In this document: positions 60,901 to 64,000 of the stretch, piece by piece
How the letters are laid out: every line of letters starts with the position of its first letter
How positions within the stretch are numbered: the stretch's first letter is position 1
DNA from: Macrostomum lignano
Lineage: Eukaryota
DNA length: 64,000 nt
Direction of reading: 5' to 3'
Assembly: GCA_002269645.1 (NCBI GenBank)
Contig: NIVC01000168.1
Coordinates: forward strand, 776,277-840,276
Position numbers and translations under genes: made by a program
The notes under the pieces: model-generated
What the model saw: only the letters and a program-made list of their open reading frames with translations
Told to the model about the DNA's origin: nothing
The model's database searches: none

Positions 60901-61872
60901 CACACAGCAGTCTGACACTTGAGCACTCAGCAGAACTGGTCACACAGCAGTCTGACACTTGAGCACTCAGCAGAACTAGTCACACAGGAGTCTGACACTT
61001 GAGCACTCAGCAGAACAGCTCAGGATTGGTCACACAGGAGTCTGACACTTGAGCACTCAGCAGAACTGGTCACACAGGAGTCTGACACTTGAGCACTCAG
61101 CAGAACTGGTCACACAGGAGTCTGACACTTGAGCACTCAGCAGAACTGGTCACACAGCAGTCTGACACTTGAGCACTCAGCAGAACTGGTCACACAGGAG
61201 TCTGACACTTGAGCACTCAGCAGAACAGCTCAGGATTGGTCACACAGGAGTCTGACACTTGAGCACTCAGCAGAACTGGTCACACAGGAGTCTGACACTT
61301 GAGCACTCAGCCAGAACTGGTCACACAGGAGTCTGACACTTGAGCACTCAGCAGAACTGGTCACACAGCAGTCTGACACTTGAGCACTCAGCAGAACTGG
61401 TCACACAGGAGTCTGACACTTGAGCACTCAGCAGAACAGCTCAGGATTGGTCACACAGGAGTCTGACACTTGAGCACTCAGCAGAACTGGTCACACTGCA
61501 GTCTGACACTTGAGCACTCAGCAGAACAGCTCAGGATTGGTCACACAGGAGTCTGACACTTGAGCACTCAACAGAACAGCTCCAGTTCACACAAAAGTCT
61601 GACACTTCTCAACATAAAATCAAATGGCAAAATCTCCTCACCTCGAGACTCAGTCCTGACTTTTTCGCAGATTTTATTGATTGAGTCAATTGTGATGTCG
61701 CTGCTGTTCTTCTCTTTCTAGAAATGATGAGACCATTAAAAATTAGCAGATTGGGCATTGGAATAAAAACGATGACATTCTAAGCACATGCTGAACTTAC
61801 CACAGCCTTTTTCAATAATGAATGCAGCTGTGCCAGCTTGTCCTGCAGGAGTTCTTCTTTCTGCTTGGCCAT
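54938..61872 (-). CDS. SGF29: SAGA-associated factor 29 (tandem Tudor H3K4me2/3 reader)
   Basis: Exons 61801-61872, 61642-61717, 60379-60451, 58863-59207, 56105-56198, 54938-55123, phase-consistent (~280 aa). RRGVLMSLLQEAARTLPLW, WILAEV, VIPLPLWKANPETNPEA, VLALYPQTTCFYRALV, FEDPSY are SGF29/CCDC101 signatures. Confidence 0.95.
55140..56040. repeat. 23-bp minisatellite (gattctcaggggcggattgggat)
   Basis: Fills SGF29 intron 5. Confidence 0.97.
56425..57000. repeat. 64-bp tandem repeat
   Basis: Unit starts at 56461, 56525, and so on. Confidence 0.95.
57688..58742. repeat. 31-bp minisatellite (ccagataaagcatggaaacgggacaggggtg)
   Basis: Direct reading. Confidence 0.97.
59390..59700 (+). mobile_element. 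tRNA-derived SINE, family 2 (diverged copy)
   Basis: ggggccgtagccgagcggt...ggctcgattcc head; body motifs shared with 25870-26165. Confidence 0.6.
59938..60198. repeat. 77-bp perfect tandem repeat, 3.4 copies
   Basis: Units start at 59938, 60015, 60092 and 60169. Confidence 0.95.
60508..61607. repeat. 40-bp minisatellite (gtctgacacttgagcactcagcagaactggtcacacagga)
   Basis: Fills SGF29 intron 2. Confidence 0.97.
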
Positions 61873-62646
61873 GTCAGACAAAATCTATTTGAATTTTAGC
61901 TTAGATGAAACTGTAATTCCTGAAACATAATGAAAATGTTAAACTTATGTTATGTATCATGGTTACGTGACCTAACCTATAATAACAAAAATTTAATATA
62001 AAATATTCAATAACAATATCCTTATTTTATTAAGTAATTAAATATATCAACTTTTAAACTATTATGTATTTTTTAATATGAATTTTGCCTGAATAAAGTT
62101 TTTAGATTGTAACAAAAACAAAAAATTATGATTTTTTCCTTTAGGCCAAAGAATAAAGGGTTGTTAGTTACTAAATATTTAAATACTAAAATGTATATAT
62201 TACCTCTATTATTTTTTATTGTTGAAAATTTTAGTATATAAAATAAGAGGCTTAGCCTTAGGCCAAAATATAGAAATGGCAATTTACTAAAATATACAAA
62301 TTTTAGTTTTTTTTATTGGCACCTTAAAACAATTGCAAAATACAAAAGACTTTTCTGTTATATTAATTTATTAAAAAGTATATCAAAGCCTAATCATTAT
62401 GCTTAATCTACTATTTAATAGGACTAGGACTAGTTTTTATAAGCTCATTTAATATAAAGCTAAATGTATCATTAATTATTACCAATACAAAAAAGGCATA
62501 ACTATGGTTGTGTTCGTTATATTATTTCTTGTGTTGAATTTGTTCCAGCGCATGTAGAAATAGCTCGTTATATTATTTTAAGTTAAAAAAAGATGACCCA
62601 CCACCAAAAAAGTTCAAATTCGAGTTTGAAGTCACGAGAAAGATAA

Positions 62647-62930
62647 TTAGACGGGATAATAGTGTGACACCCAGTAGAGAAAGTTGCCAAACACATTCTG
62701 TGGATTTAGATGGCGCCACAGAAATTCCTGCAGATGAGTTTCAAATAGACCATCATCCGTCCCATACATGTTGCGAAACTTCGCCTTGCAATGCGCACAT
62801 GTTCCCTCAATAGTGTTCGTATAAACCGTTGGGTCCTGGGGGTCCACAAAATGGAGCCAGTGGTTTACAGATGTGTGATTTGGCAGTGCATTTGTAGGAA
62901 GAGGAGCCGATGGTCGTCCAGCCATTTCTA
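62647..62930 (-). pseudogene. Merlin/IS1595-like transposase C-terminal fragment
   Basis: HTSVNHWLHFVDP..TVYTNTIEG...K...G.....HLQEFLWRH matches the IS1595/ISXO2 DDE tail. It is preceded by a tttgttccag acceptor; no N-terminus was found. Confidence 0.75.
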
Positions 62931-63404
62931 TGTAAGCTGGAACAAATTCAAAACAAGAAATAATATAATGAACAAAACCATAGTTATGCCAAAAAAATCA
63001 TTTGACACAATGTATCTTTTGTGTTATATATGCTGAGAGATATACCCTAATATATATTGAAAAATGGTAAGACCCTTGTTGTATGCCAGGAAATCTTGGC
63101 ATACATGTCGCCTTCTGAACTATGGGCCTTGAGTTCTTCTAGCAATAGGGCTACAATCAATGAGTTCAATTAATTATATTTATGGCTCTGGGATATCTTA
63201 AGGGAGGCTGCCTTCCTATTGGTATTAGCTTATTATATTGGCTTTGCATTTAAAGACAATTTATGCTAAAACTTACCAAAAACATAAGTTCAATTTTTTG
63301 TATGCTCATAAGTGTCACAGTTTTTAAAAGTCATTTCTATAAAAAGATAATAGGCCTATAGTTTATTGTTGTCCCAATGAAAGTCAAATAAAATATTTTT
63401 GGTT

Positions 63405-63507
63405 ATCTTCAAGTTTCGTTCGTTTAATTCCAACACCCACCCCCCACCACCCTTGAATAGAGGGCGAAATAATTCCGGAAATAATTAAACGAACGAAACT
63501 TGAAGAT
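63405..63507. repeat. Perfect 25-bp inverted repeat with 53-nt spacer
   Basis: atcttcaagtttcgttcgtttaatt ... aattaaacgaacgaaacttgaagat. Confidence 0.9.
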
Positions 63508-64000
63508 TGCCATATTTTTAATTTTAAAGTTTTTCTTTTAGGCCTAGTTAATGAAAAAAGAAAAAAATATTGAAGAAAAAGCTTGGTGAACTAAGAACAT
63601 TGCCCATGGTCATAACAGCATTAACTAGCATAATCCATAATATTAATCAAATTCTAATCTTACCAGCCACATTTAGTGACATTTTATTGAAAGTCTATTT
63701 CTCATATAAAAAACGTCAAATAATTCATTAGCAAAGAACACTGAAGCAAAGTACATTTTTATTGAAAATCTCGATCGATTAATTAGGCATGCATGTATAT
63801 TATTTTAATTATTAAATTAAAAAGTATACTCACTGAACTAAAATAATAATTTATATATTTTAATCTCAGTAAAAGTCGAGATTTGAATTTTGGTTTTCAA
63901 ATTTTGTTACATGTACCATAACTTCATAAAAATAAAAACTTGAACTTATGTTCCAAAAAATAATATAATACTATAATGATAAATGAACATTTCTTTTCTT

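Overview
Eukaryotic (metazoan) genomic DNA with GT-AG introns, TTAGGG repeats and intron-filling minisatellites. It resembles a free-living flatworm such as Macrostomum, but this is an inference only. Four spliced genes could be rebuilt by hand with consistent exon phases. (1) A giant polycystin-1/PKD1-like gene (+, 5' end outside the window, stop at 29114, about 4,100 aa in view) has a mosaic ectodomain: F5/8C, C-type lectin, fibrinogen-like, EGF, PKD, REJ and GAIN. (2) A CaMKIV-like kinase (+, 31536-36903). (3) An iGluR/GluR0-like ligand-gated channel with a K+-channel TTVGYGD filter (-, 39320-52486). (4) SGF29 (-, 54938-61872). The PKD1-like introns hold a LINE fragment, a 3.7-kb DNA transposon with an intact RAG1/Transib/Chapaev-like transposase, tRNA-derived SINEs, and a Ty3/Gypsy element with identical LTRs nested in a TTAA-flanked MITE. 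From about 32.8 to 61.6 kb nearly every large intron is filled by a different minisatellite and exons are strongly GC3-rich. Most ORFs in the supplied track there are repeat artefacts. All calls are by eye; no database searches were run.
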